A DNA stretch of 64,000 nucleotides from the human T2T-CHM13v2.0 reference genome, Homo sapiens. The notes under the pieces were generated by a model. The model saw only the letters and a list, made by a program, of their open reading frames with translations. It ran no database searches and was not told the DNA's origin. This document shows, in pieces, positions 39,999 to 60,904 of this stretch. Both the position numbers and the translations under genes were made by a program. The stretch lies in the NCBI RefSeq assembly GCF_009914755.1, contig NC_060935.1. One strand, given 5' to 3'. The stretch's first letter is position 1. Each line of letters opens with the position of its first letter.

Positions 39999-40335
39999 GA
40001 ACATTTGCTTACGAGTTCCCCAAGGGCGAAAGATCGGTTTTTAACCTCATTCAGGAACGGAAGATGGAATCTCGGGCTTTGACGGGCGATAAATTAGAAA
40101 TAAGATCCTTGCACAAAGCCAGAACCCTTGAAGGGCTGCAATCACTTTGTAAGGAAGACCAGTAAACTTCCCACTGGCCAGGGAGGCAACCGGGAAGCTC
40201 ATCTCAGCTGTTGCCTTGGCTGGGAATAAAACAAGGTTTCCTAATCTCCAGGCGGGCAAGGAGCCTAAATCAGTCTATTCCGTGGGAAATTCAAGCTGAT
40301 ACATTATCATAAAAATTAATCCCAGGCTGTTTCTA

Positions 40336-40686
40336 TATCATGGTCTGAGTTTTTGTCCTCCTATTCCAATAAATGTGTTGAAACATAATCATCAATGTGA
40401 TACTATGGAGGGGGGTGATTAGATCATGAAGGTAGATTCCTTATAAATGGAATGGCGTCTGTATAAAAGAGGCCTCAGGGAGTTCCCTCACGCCTTCCAT
40501 CATGTGAGAACACGTGAGAATGTGCAACCTGTGAACCAGGAAACAGGTCTTCACCAGATAAAGAACCTGAGAGTGACTTGATCTTAGACTTCCCAGCCTC
40601 CAGAACTTTGGGAAATAAATTTCTGTTGTTTACAAGCCACTCAGTCTATGGTATTTTGTTGCAGCAGCTCTAACAGACTAAAACAG
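40336..40686 (+). mobile_element. MaLR LTR (MLT1-like)
   Basis: gacttcccagcctccagaact...aataaatttctgttgtttacaagccactcagtctatggtattttgtt...gactaaaaca 3' end. Confidence 0.75.
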
Positions 40687-41428
40687 CAGAAGCAACTACA
40701 AGAACACTTTGGTGGAACACAGCCCTTCTCAACATGCTCACAGCCATATGAAGAAACAACTTCCCATGAGCAAGAATGAGCAGACAGCCATCAAAAGCAT
40801 TACCTCCTTTAGGGGCTAACTCATGTTTCTGGGTAGAAGCTTTATAATAAGTCTCAACAGGCTGGGCGCAGTGGCTCAGGCCTGTAATCCCAGCACTTTG
40901 GGAGGCCGAGGTGGGAGGATCACTTCAGCTTGGGAGTTCCAGACCAGCCCGGGCAACACGGCAAAACCCTGTCTCTACCAAAAATACAGAAAATTAGCCT
41001 GGCCTGGTGGTATGCACCTGTAGTCCCAGCTACTTGAGAGGCTGAGGTGGGAGGATTGCTTTTGAGCCTGGGAGGCAGAGGTTGCAGTGGGCCAAGATCT
41101 CACCACTGCACTCCAGCCTAGGTGACAGAGTGAGACTCCATTAAAAAAAAAAAATTCTCAACAACTTAACTTGTTATTTTCTCAACAACTTAACATGTTA
41201 TTTTAATGTTATAATTAAACTCTTAGGGTTATTTTATAGCATATGAAAACTGCTTTTGAAATTCATCTTGGAGAAGACATGAGAGAGAATAACTAATGAC
41301 AGATTTAATTTTTTTTTTTGAGACAGAGTCTCACTCTGTTGCCCAGGCTGGAGTGCAGTGGTGCAATCTTGACTCACTGCAACCTCCGCCTCCTGGGTTC
41401 AAGTGATTTTCCTGCCTCAGCCCATTGA

Positions 41429-41674
<246 letters not shown>

Positions 41675-42836
41675 TGAGGCAGGTGGATTGCTTGAGCCCA
41701 AGAGTTCGCAGCCAGCCTGGGCAACATGGCAAGACCCCATCTCTACAAAAAAATAATAAAAAAATTAGCCAGGCATAGTGGCACATGCCTGTGGTCCCAA
41801 CTACTTGGGAGGCTGAGGTGGGAGGATCACTTGAGCCCAGGAGGTCAATGTTGCAATGAGCCATGATTATGCCACTGCACCCTGGCCTGCTGGCCTGGGT
41901 AACAGAGTAGGATCCTGTCAAAAAAAAAAGAACAAGAAAATCAAAGAACACTACTACAGTATTATATCAGTCAAGGGCTAATCAGGAGACAGAATCCACA
42001 CAGTCATTGAAGCAAAAGTCCAACATAAGGAATGATTAGGGGATTGAAATCATGGGGGATTGACTAATGAGAGTTGAAGAGAACACTAAAGAACGAAAAC
42101 ATAGGCCGGGCGCAGTGGCTCATACCTGTAATCTCAGCACTTTGGAAGGCCAAGGTGAGCACATTGCTTGAGCCCCAGGAGTTTGAGACCACCCTAGGCA
42201 ACATAGTGAAACCCTGTCGCTATAAAAACTTTTAAAAATCAGCTGGGTGCGGTGGCTTGTGCCTATAGTCCCAGCTAACCGGGAAGCTGAGGTGGGAGGA
42301 TCGCCTGAGCCCCCGAAGTCAAGGCTGCAGTGAGCTGTGATCACACCATGCACTCCAGCTTGGGTGGCAAAGTAAGACCCTGTCTCAAAAAAAAAAAAAA
42401 AAAAGAAAAGAAAAAAGAAAAAAAGAAAGAAATAGATACAGGGAGAAGCCGCTGCCCTAAGGGCTAACATAGAGCACCCAAGGAAGAGCCCCACTCCAAG
42501 ACAGGGATCCAGACCATGCTGGAGAGAGCAAGGCCATGGCTGATGAGACATCTGAAGTGCCTCGGGCAACACTGCAAAGCTGCGGGAGGCTATGCCAGGG
42601 GAAGCTGCTGGCTGCTGGGTGCTGCTGGTCACTGCATGCTCATGAATTGGGAGCTGGAGAAGGTGACCTCAGCAGGATCTGGTCCCTGCAAAAACTATTA
42701 TGTGTGGGCCAGAGGCTATGGAAAGCTGTGGCCTGCAGGACCCAGGTGTGGAAAACTTTGCCTACCCAAGAGCTGAGCGCCACAGAAAGTGGGTGCTGCG
42801 CTTGTCTCCTCCTGTGTCTCTTCAGCGCCCTCTATT

Positions 42837-43810
42837 GATGAGGCCGAGGACGGGATTTCTAGCAAGATGGGCTTCTATAAGCAATGAAGATGGAAGTCAA
42901 CTGAACTGTGTAGTTTACCTGTCAGATCCTAAAGCCAAAGGGGAAAACCTTACTCAGTGGATGTGAGCTCCCACTCAAGGAAGTTGCTCCTTGGTCTTAC
43001 TACTCTAGGCTTCAAAGATGGTAGGAGGGGCCGGGCGCGGTGGCTCACACCTGTAATCCCAGTGCTTTGGGAGGCCGAGGTGGGTGGATCACCTGAGATC
43101 GGGAGTTTGAGAGCAGCTTGGCCAACATGGAGAAACCCTGTGTCTACTAAAAAGACAAAAATTAGCCGGGCGAGGTCGCGCATGTCTTTAGTTCCAGCTA
43201 CTTGGGAGGCTGAGGCAGGAGGACCACTTGAACCCGGGAATCAATGCAAAATGATTTATTATGTGATGACTTAAAATCTGTTGAAATGAAACTGATCTGT
43301 TTCATCTCCAAAGAGCAGACTGCAGAAATTTGAGAGGGACATCAGAGTTATGGTGAGAAACAGGTGGATGAGTGGCAGGACTCAATTACAAGTGGGATCA
43401 TGCCAAGATAATTTTCCAGCTGAAGCAGAGGAGAAACATTCCATTGACCTACAGATGAAGCCAAGGTTGGTGATTCCCTTGGAGATGCTAGCAGCTCTGT
43501 TCTGGACTTTATGTCAAAGAAATCATATTGTATGTTTCTTTTGCTATTTCCATGCTTAGTTCATTGGGGAAAGTACAAAAGAAATTGCACCATGGTGAAA
43601 GCCATTTGAAGTTAGATGAGAAACAACAGCTAAACTCTTGGAATATCTTTAGGAAACGCAGACGTGATGAGGAGGTCTTTCAACCTCAGTTTTCTAACAC
43701 ATCCGAAAGCCTTTGCACCACCTGGGAAGCCTCCTCTCAGGGAACAATAAGACATAGTCGTAACTCATAGGAATTTCTTCTGTCTCCAGAGCCTGAATCC
43801 TCTGAATTAT
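42837..43810 (+). pseudogene. BRD9P1: Processed pseudogene of BRD9 (C-terminal coding half), degenerate and interrupted by a 3'-truncated Alu (43029-43238); 3' UTR-like remnants may extend to about 45255
   Basis: Translated fragments [101 protein letters not shown] and EFLLSPEPES are collinear with the remembered BRD9 C-terminus (DLSSLSSKLLPGFTTLGFKDERR...ISMLSSLGKVKKELDPDDSHLNLDE...EFLQSPEP). Intronless, with frameshifts and stops. Confidence 0.85.
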
Positions 43811-44063
43811 TTTTTAAACTTAAACTTGCACGTACAAAGTTTTTGTGGTGACAAAAAGAATTTTCTTTCTTTCTTTCTTTTCTTTCTTCTCTTTTTCTTT
43901 CTCTCCCTCTCTCTCTCTCTTTTTTTTTTTTTTTGAGACAGAGTCTTGCTCCGTCGCCTAAGCTGGAGTACAGTGGCACAATCTCAGCTCACTGCAACCT
44001 CTGTCCCCCGGGTTCAGGTGATTCTCCTGCCTCAGTAGCTGGTATTATAGGTGTGCACCATCA

Positions 44064-44623
<560 letters not shown>

Positions 44624-45319
44624 TAAAGTTCTGGGATTACAGGCGTAAACCACCACGTCCGGCCAACACAAAGACTTTCATGTTATTTCTGGAATAAGAA
44701 AAACAGCTACGGAAAAAATATATCAACAGCATACTGTATACAGCATTTTTTTTAAAATGGAGATTAATGAATCGTGAAAATAATATGTAAGGCTGGACAC
44801 AATGGCTCATGCCTGTAATCCCATCACTTTGGGAGGCCGAGGAGGGAGGATCATTTGAGCCCAGGAGTTTGAAACTAGCCTGGACAACATAGTGAGATCC
44901 TGTCTCTGCAAAAACTTTAAAAATTACCTGGGCATGGTGGCATGCACCTGTAGTGCTAGCTACTCAGGAGGATGAGAAAGGAGGATTGCTTGAGCCCAGG
45001 AGTCTGGGGTTGCACAGAGCTATGATCCTGCCACTGCATTCTGCCCAGGTGACAGAGTAAGACCCTGTCTCTAAATTTAAAAAAAGAAAAAAATAAAGAC
45101 AAGAAAATAACACGTAAATGGTGAGCTAAACCAGATTTCTTGAATCAACAGTGCTTGTCAGTGATTTTCGCTTCCCCATTCTATGTGCTTTTGTTCTTTT
45201 TTGTACAAAGAGATTGTTCTCTGATGTCATTTATGTAATTAAAAATAAATGAATTAAAAACCAAATCGAGAACATTTTCTGTTTTTAAAATCAGAAGAAA
45301 TAACATTTTTACATTTCTA

Positions 45320-45508
<189 letters not shown>

Positions 45509-45723
45509 TCAGGAGGCTGAGGCAGGAGAATTGCTTGAACCCACGAGGCGGAGGCTGCAGTGAGCCGAGATCGCGCCACTATACTCTGGGCGACAGAGGG
45601 AGACTCCATTTAAAAACAAACAAACAAAGAAACAAAACAAACAAAAAACCTCTAAGCGCATGTTTCTAATACAAACCCTAATCTAGACTACAAGTGAACT
45701 GTAATCAAAACAGTGGAGTATGA

Positions 45724-45879
<156 letters not shown>

Positions 45880-47102
45880 TGAGTAGCTGGGACTACAGGA
45901 GCCTGCCACCACGCCTGGCTAATTTTTTGTATTTTTAGTAGAGACGGGGTTTCACCATGTTAGCCAGGATGGTCTCGATCTCCTGACCTCGTGATCCTCC
46001 TGCCTCGGCCTCGCAAAGTGCTGGGATTACAGGCGTGAGCCACCGTGCCGGGCCTACAAATGATACTTCTAAGAGAAAACATAGGAGAAAATATTTTTGA
46101 TCTAGTTAAGGGACCATTTTCTTAGTTATGACACCAAAAAGCATGATCCATAAAAGAAAACATTATAAATTGGAATTCACCAAAATTAAAAACTTTAACT
46201 CTTGGCCGGGCACGGTGGCTCACGCCTGTAATCCCAGCACTTTGGGAGGTCGAGGCGGGCAGATCACGAGGTCAGGAGATCGAGACCATCCTGGCTAACA
46301 TGGTGAAACCCTGTCTCTACTAAAAATACAAAAAAATTAGCCGCACTTGGTGGCATGAGCCCGTATTCCCAGCTACTCAGGAGGCTGAGGCAGGAGAATC
46401 GCTTGAACCCGGGAGGCTGAGGTTACAGCGAGCCGAGATCGCGCCACCGCACTTCAGCTTGGGCGACAGAGCGAGACTCCGTCTCAAACAAAAACAAAAA
46501 CAAAAACTTTAGCTCTTTAAAAAACACTGTTATGAATATAAAAAGACAAGCCACAGACTGGGAGAAAATATTTGCAAAACATATATCTGACAAAGGACTT
46601 GGACCTAGAATATATTAAAATAACTCATATAACTAAGTAATAATAATTCAGACAACCTCATTTTTAAATGGAGATGATTGGCTGGGTGCGGTGGCTCATA
46701 CCTGTAATCCCAGCATTTTGGGAGGCTGAGGCTGGTGGAACACTTGAGGTCAGGAGCTCGAGACCAGCCTGGCCAGCAGGGTGAAACCCCGTCTCTGCTA
46801 AAAATACAAAAAATTAGCAGGGTGTGGTGGTGCGTGCCTGTAGTCCCAGCTATTTGGGAGGCTGAGGCAGGAGAATCACTTGAACCTGGGAGGCGGAGGT
46901 TTCAGTGAGCTAAGATCACACCACTGCACTCCAGCCTGTTGACAGAGTGAGACTCTGTCTCAAAAAACAAAATAAAACAACAACAAAAAAACGAGATGAT
47001 GTGAACGGACACCATACCAAGGAAGGTATATAGATGATAAGTTAGCAAATAAAATATGCTCAATGTCATTGGTCATTAGAGAAATGCAAATTTAAACCAC
47101 AA

Positions 47103-47419
<317 letters not shown>

Positions 47420-47983
47420 TGAGTAGCTGGGATTACAGGTGCGCACCACCACACCTGGCTAATTTTTTGTATCTTTAGTAGAGACAGGGTTTCACCACAT
47501 TGGCCAGGCTGATCTCGAACTCCTGACCTCGTGATCCACCTGCCTCAGCCTCTCAAAGTGCCAGGATTACAGGCGGGAGCCACCATGCCTGGCTTACTGT
47601 GTCAAATTTCTTTTTTTAAATAATGCAATGAACTACCACTTACTCGCCTATTAGAATGACTGAAATTAAAAAGACTGACTATACTGAGTGTTGGCTATGA
47701 AGGAGAAACTAGAGCTCTTATACTCTGTTGATGAGAATGTAAAGTGGTACATTTTGGAAAAACAATTTGGCAGTTTCTGAAAAAATTAAGCACATACTAC
47801 CACATGACTCAGCGTTTCACTTCTAGGTATAGTTCCAAAGAAATTAAAGCATAGGTCCAAACAAGGACTTGTACAAAAATATTCATAGTAGTTTTATTTG
47901 TGATGGCACAAAACTGGAAACAACCCAATGTCCATAAATAGGTTAAGGGATAAACAAATCACAGGAATACTTTTCACAATTTA

Positions 47984-48166
<183 letters not shown>

Positions 48167-48297
48167 TCAGGAGGCTGAGGCATAAGAATCGCTTCAGCCC
48201 AGGAGGCAGAGGTTGCAGTGAGCTGAGATTGTGCCGCTGCACTCCACCCTGGGTGATAGAGTGAAACTGTCTAAAACATAAATAAATAAAAGTAATG

Positions 48298-50982
48298 GCC
48301 CTCTCCCGTCTCCCTCTCCCTCTCCCGTCTCCCTCTCCCTCTCCCGTCTCCCTCTCCCTCTCCCGTCTCCCTCTCCCTCTCCCGTCTCCCTCTCCCTCTC
48401 CCGTCTCCCTCTCCCTCTCCCGTCTCCCTCTCCCTCTCATGCCGAGCCAAAGCTGGACGGTACTGCTGCCATCTCGGCTCACTGCAACCTCCCTGCCTGA
48501 TTCTCCTGCCTCAGCCTGCCGAGTGCCTGCGATTGCAGGCGCGCGCCGCCACGCCTGACTGGTTTTCGTTTTTTTTTGGTGGAGATGGGGTTTCGCTGTG
48601 TTGGCCGGGCTGGTCTCCAGCTCCTAACCGCGAGTGATCCGCCAGCCTCGGCCTCCCGAGGTGCCGGGATTGCAGATGGAGTCTCGTTCACTCAGTGCTC
48701 AATGGTGCCCAGGCTGGAGTGCAGTGGCGTGATCTCGGCTCGCTACAACCACCTCCCAGCCGCCTGCCTTGGCCTCCCAAAGAGCCGAGATTGCAGCCTC
48801 TGCCCGGCCGCCACCCCGTCTGGGAAGTGAGGAGCGTCTCTGCTTGGCCACCCATCGTCTGGGATATGAGGAGCCCCTCTGCCTGGCTGCCCAGTGTGGA
48901 AAGTGAGGAGCGTCTCTGCCCGGCCGCCATCCCATCTAGGAAGCGAGAAGCGCCTCTTCCCCGCCGCCATCCCATCTAGGAAGTGAGGAGCGTCTCTGCC
49001 CGGCCGCCCATCGTCTGAGATGTGGGGAGCACCTCTGCCCCACCGCCCTGTCTGGGATGTGAGGAGCGCCTCTGCTGGGCCGCAACCCTGTCTGGGAGGT
49101 GAGGAGTGTCTCTGCCCGGCCGCTCCGTCTGAGAAGTGAGGAAACCCCCTGCCTGGCAACCGCCCCGTCTGAGAAGTGAGGAGCCCCTCCGTCTGGCAAC
49201 CACCCCGTCTGGGAAGTGAGGAGCGTCTCCGCCCGGCAGCCACCCCGTCCGGGAGGGAGGTGGGGGGGGTCAGCCCCCCGCCCGGCCAGCCGCCCCGTCC
49301 GGGAGGTGAGGGGCTCCTCTGCCCGGCCGCCCCTACTGGGAAGTGAGGAGCCCCTCTGCCCGGCCAGCCGCCCCGTCCGGGAGGGAGGCGGGGGGGGGGG
49401 GGGGGGGTCGGCCAGCCGCCCCGGCCGGGAGGTGAGGGGCTCCTCTGCCCGGCCGCCCCTACTGGGAAGTGAGGAGCCCCTCTGCCCGGCCAGTCGCCCC
49501 GTCCAGGAGGGAGGTGGGGGGGTCAACCCCCCGCCCGGCCAGCCGCCCAGTCCGGGAGGGAGGTGGGGGGTCAGCCCCCCGCCTGGCCAGCCGCCCCGTC
49601 CGGGAGGTGAGGGGCGCCTCTGCCCGGCCGCCCCTACTGGGAAGTGAGGAGCCCCTCTGCCCGGCCAGCCGCCCCGCCCAGGAGGGAGGTGGGGGGGTCA
49701 GCCCCCCGCCTGGCCAGCCGCCCCATCCGGGAGGGAGGTGGGGGGGTCAGCCCCCCGCCCGGCCAGCCGCCCCGTCCGGGAGGGGGGAGGGGGGGTCAGC
49801 CCCCTGCCCGGCCAGCCGCCCCGTCCGGGAGGGAGGTGGGGGGGTCAGCCCCCCGCCCGGCCAGCCGCCCCGTCCGGGAGGGAGGTGGGGGGATCAGCCC
49901 CCTGCCTGGCCAGCCGCCCCGTCCGGGAGGTGAGGGGCGCCTCTGCCCGGCCGCCCCTACTGGGAAGTGAGGACCCCTCTGCCCGGCCAGCCGCCCCGTC
50001 CGGGAGGGAGGTGGGGGGGGTCAGCCCCCCGCCCGGCCAGCCGCCCCGTCCGGGAGGGAGGTGGGGGGATCAGCCCCCTGCCTGGCCAGCCGCCCCGTCC
50101 GGGAGGTGAGGGGCGCCTCTGCCCGGCCGCCCCTACTGGGAAGTGAGGACCCCTCTGCCCGGCCAGCCGCCCCGTCCGGGAGGGAGGTGGGGGGAACAGC
50201 CCCCCGCCCGGCCAGCCGCCCTATCCAGGAGGTGAGGGGCGCCTCTGCCCGGCCGCCCCTACTGGGAAGTGAGGAGCCCCTCTGCCTGGCCAGCCGCCCC
50301 GTCCGGGAGGGCGGTGGGGGGGTCAGCCCCCCTCCCGGCCAGCCGCCCCATCTGGGAGGTGAGGGGCACTTCTGCCGGGCCGCCCCTACTGGGAAGTGAG
50401 GAGCCCCTCTGCCCGGCCACGACCCCGTCTGGGAGGTGTGCCCAGCGGCTCATTGGGGATGGGCCATGATGACAATGGCGGTTTTGTGGAATAGAAAGGC
50501 GGGAAGGGTGGGGAAAAAATTGAGAAATCGGATGGTTGCGGGGTCTGTGTGGATAGAAGTAGACATGGGAGACTTTTCATTTTGTTCTGTACTAAGAAAA
50601 ATTCTTCTGCCTTGGGATCCTGTTGATCTGTGACCTTATCCCCAACCCTGTGCTCTCTGAAACATGTGCTGTGTCCACTCAGGGTTAAATGGATTAAGGG
50701 CGGTGCAAGATGTGCTTTGTTAAACAGATGCTTGAAGGCAGCATGCTCGTTAAGAGTCATCACCACTCCCTAATCTTAAGTACCCAGGGACACAAACACT
50801 GCGGAAGGCCGCAGGGTCCTCTGCCTAGGAAAACCAGAGACCTTTGTTCACTTGTTTATCTGCTGACCTTCCCTCCACTATTGTCCTATGACCCTGCCAA
50901 ATCCCCCTCTGCGAGAAACACCCAAGAATGATCAATAAAAATAAAAAATAAAAAATAAAAAATAAAAAAAAAATAAAAAAAA
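48298..50982 (+). mobile_element. Full-length SVA retrotransposon, probably SVA_E (human-specific)
   Basis: CCCTCT-type head 48299-48438; Alu-like domain to about 48800; GC-rich VNTR to about 50435; SINE-R to AATAAA at 50934-50939; poly-A; TSD aaaagtaatg at 48288-48297 and 50983-50992. SINE-R variant cccagcggctcattggggatgggcc suggests subfamily E (from memory). Confidence 0.95.
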
Positions 50983-51609
50983 AAAAGTAATGAACTATTG
51001 ATACATACACAGCATGGGTGGATCACGAAATACTAATGCTGAAAGAAGCAGATTCCCCCCTCAAAAAAAATAGTATGCATTGTATAATCCAATTCATATA
51101 AAATACTAGAAAATGCAAAATAATCTATAGTGACAAAAGGCAGGTGAGTGGTTGCTTAGAGATAGGGCTGGGCAGGGGGTAGACGAAGGATTACAAACAG
51201 TCAAGAGGAGGCTGGGCATGGTGGTTCATGCCTGTGATTCCAGCAGTTTGGGAGGTAGAGGCAGGAGGCTTGCTTGAGGCCAGGAGTTTGAAACCACCCT
51301 AAGCAACATAGTGAGACCCCTCTCTACGAAAAGTAAAACAATTAGCTGGGTGTGGTGGTGCACGCCTGTGGTCTCAGCTATTTGGGAGGCTGTGGTTGGA
51401 GGATCACTTGAGCTTGAGAGTCTGAGGCTCAGTGAGCTTTAATCGCACCACTCCACTCCAGCCCAATAAAGGGAGCAAGACCCTGTCTCAAAAAAAAAAA
51501 AAAAAAGTCAAGAGGAAACTTTTGAAGGTAATGGATATGTTCATTATCTTCATTGTGGTTACAGTTTCATGGGTATACACATACGTCAAAACTTATCAAA
51601 TTGTACTAT

Positions 51610-51644
<35 letters not shown>

Positions 51645-51660
51645 TTGAGACAGAGTCTGA

Positions 51661-51756
<96 letters not shown>

Positions 51757-51875
51757 TAGATGGGTTCACAGGTGCACACCACCACGCTCGGCTAATTTTT
51801 GTATTTTTTTTTTTTTTTTAGTAGAGATGGGGGTTTCGCCATGTTGGCCAGGCTGGTCTTGAACTCCTGACCTCA

Positions 51876-51974
<99 letters not shown>

Positions 51975-52250
51975 TCACATGAATTAATACTATCAATAGG
52001 TAGGGACTGGGCATGAAGAAAACTGGTATCCCCTGGTAAGGTCATTATATACTTCAATTGGCATATAATTTGAAGGTGCATGATACTTGGAGTTATCTGA
52101 TTCCTTTTAAAGTTGTCATTTGAATTCTTGAGGTTTCCAGACTTTCCCATCAATGCCCTAGATTTCACAGAAAAGACTTGGAAATAGTATGAATTTAACT
52201 TATTTGTTAATTATACCTTTGATTTGCAGCTGCAGCAGCCCTGTGGTTAG

Positions 52251-52547
<297 letters not shown>

Positions 52548-52748
52548 TGATCTCTTGATCTCTTGATCTTGTGATCTGCCCCCCTAGGCCTTCCAAAGTG
52601 CTGAGATTACAGGTGTGAGCCACCGTGCCTGGCCAGAGCTTTTCATTTTCTTTAAACTCTCCAGGGTAGTCAAAAGCATCAGCTGCTCCTCAAAATATAT
52701 TTATTAATTGCAAAGAGAAACGTAGTTATTTTGCAGTGGAGGAACTCA

Positions 52749-53411
<663 letters not shown>

Positions 53412-53673
53412 TAGTAGAGACAAGGTTTCACCATGTTGGTCAGACTGGTTTCGAACTCCTGACCTCAAATGATCTTCATGCCTCGGCCTCCCAAAGTGCT
53501 GGAATTACAGGTGTGAGCAACTGTGCCTGGCCTGTTTTTTTGTTTTTTGTTTTGTTTTTGTTTTTGAGACAAGATTTCACTCTGTCACCCAGGCTGGAGT
53601 GCAGTGGCACATCATAGTTCACTGTAGCCTCAACCTCCTGGGCTCCAGCAATCCTCCAGCCCAAACCTCCTGA

Positions 53674-53877
<204 letters not shown>

Positions 53878-53884
53878 TAGTTAA

Positions 53885-54058
<174 letters not shown>

Positions 54059-54179
54059 TAGTTCAGACGGGGTTTCGCCATGTTGATCAGGCTGGTTTTG
54101 AACTCCTGACCTCAAGTGATCCACCTGCCTCGGCCTCACAAACTGCTGGGATTACAGGCGTGAGCCACCACGCCTGGCC

Positions 54180-59475
<5,296 letters not shown>

Positions 59476-59477
59476 TG

Positions 59478-59825
59478 TGTTATGGTCTTATGTGTCCCTC
59501 TTCTCCTCTGCCCCAAAATTCATGTATTGAAGTCCTAACCCCCTGTACCTCAGAATATAACCATATTTGGAGATACAATCTTTAAAGAAGTAAAATTAAA
59601 ATGAGATTATTAGAGTGGTCCCTAATCCATTATGACCAATGTCCTTATAAGGAGAAGAAATTTGACCACAGACACACACAGAGGGAAGATGATGTGAAGA
59701 TAGAGAGAAGAAGGCCCTCAGAAGGAACCAATCCTGCTGACACCTTGATCTTGGACTTCCAGCCTCTAGAACTGTGAGATATAAATTTCTCACAGTGCTT
59801 TCCCCAAGTCTATGGTACTTTGTGG
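59478..59825 (+). mobile_element. MaLR LTR (MLT1B/C-like)
   Basis: tgttatggtc...ccccaaaattcatgtattgaagtcctaaccc...ggacttccagcctctagaactgtgagat. Confidence 0.75.
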
Positions 59826-60904
59826 CACCATGCCCCCTTCAGAACACAAGCTGAGATACTCATAAAGAACTGAGTTTTGCCTGATCCACCAAGCCATGGC
59901 TGGGCTTGCAAAGTTATTCCCCATCCTTAATGAAAGTTGTGCACATGACCTCAAGCTCAAGCATAGCCTGGAAGCCGAAGTGGGTCTAACAAGCAGGGGG
60001 CTCCCACTTCCAGTGTCCCCAGACTCTCCCTGCCTGGCCACGTCTCCCTCAACTTACACCCATGGCCTGATGGGGAGTTCTGAGCCCAGCACACAGAGGG
60101 TTCTGTGTGACAAGGCACCAGCTGGTAGTGGACTGCTATGGCATCACAGCGCACGCATGGGTGTCACTGAAAGACAATGCAAAGAGATATCTCCAAGCAG
60201 ATAGAGTTTTGAGGGGTACATCTGTCCACTTTGTTTTGATGGAGAGTAGTTCTGAACTGTGGTTCTACACAAGGGCTGTGAATAACAGTTTAGCTGTTGT
60301 GAGAAATATTATTACCTTAGGAGTTAAAAGCTTGGATTTGAGCTGACTGCCTGGGTTGAAGTCCCGGCTTTGCTACTTACTGTCCATGCAACTTTAAGCA
60401 AGTGATTAAACTTTCTGTACCCCTATTACCTCTTCTTACCATTTTAAAGAAGGTAATAATACCATCTACCTCATAGAGTTGCTGTGGTGAGGACTTAATT
60501 AATATAGGTAAAGTACTTAGCACCTGGAACACAGTAAACACTGTGTAAGTTTATCGGCAATGGATGATGATGGTGATGATGATGCCCAATAGTCAGGGAT
60601 TTGGAAGGAACAGAGCTAGGATTCATAACAAAAAATTCTGGCAGATTCACAAATGGTTCAAATCCTATAGGGTTGAAAATTTCCCCCACCAGGGAAAGAA
60701 TGCTGATCAGCATGGTACAGGCTGAAGGCAAAGAGAAGGTGGAGGGGGTTATGAAGAAAGGTAGTTGTAAATATCAACTACAGCCTTAGGCCTGTTGCAG
60801 AAATAAAGATTCCAACAGGCATCAAATGCTTTGTCCTTGTCCTATTATGTGACCCTTTTCACTTTTCTTCCCCTCTCCCTTTCCTCTTCTGTTTTATATA
60901 TGGT

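Noticed and set aside
40695-40725. ttggtggaacac (LVEH) as a possible further 5' piece of the BRD9 pseudogene
   Set aside because: Match too short to distinguish from chance without an alignment.
42824-42840. Reverse-strand TCAATAGAGGGCGC CTCF-like motif
   Set aside because: Mismatches at conserved 5' core positions; not supportable without ChIP data.
48695-50469. Repetitive Pro/Gly/Arg-rich ORFs and a repeat-spacer-like pattern resembling a CRISPR array
   Set aside because: This is the SVA VNTR: tandem degenerate units without unique spacers, in human DNA with no cas genes.
60560-60585. Poly-His ORF (HHHHHHH) at 60495-60731
   Set aside because: Arises from a short (GAT)n repeat at a MIR/ERV junction; no gene context.
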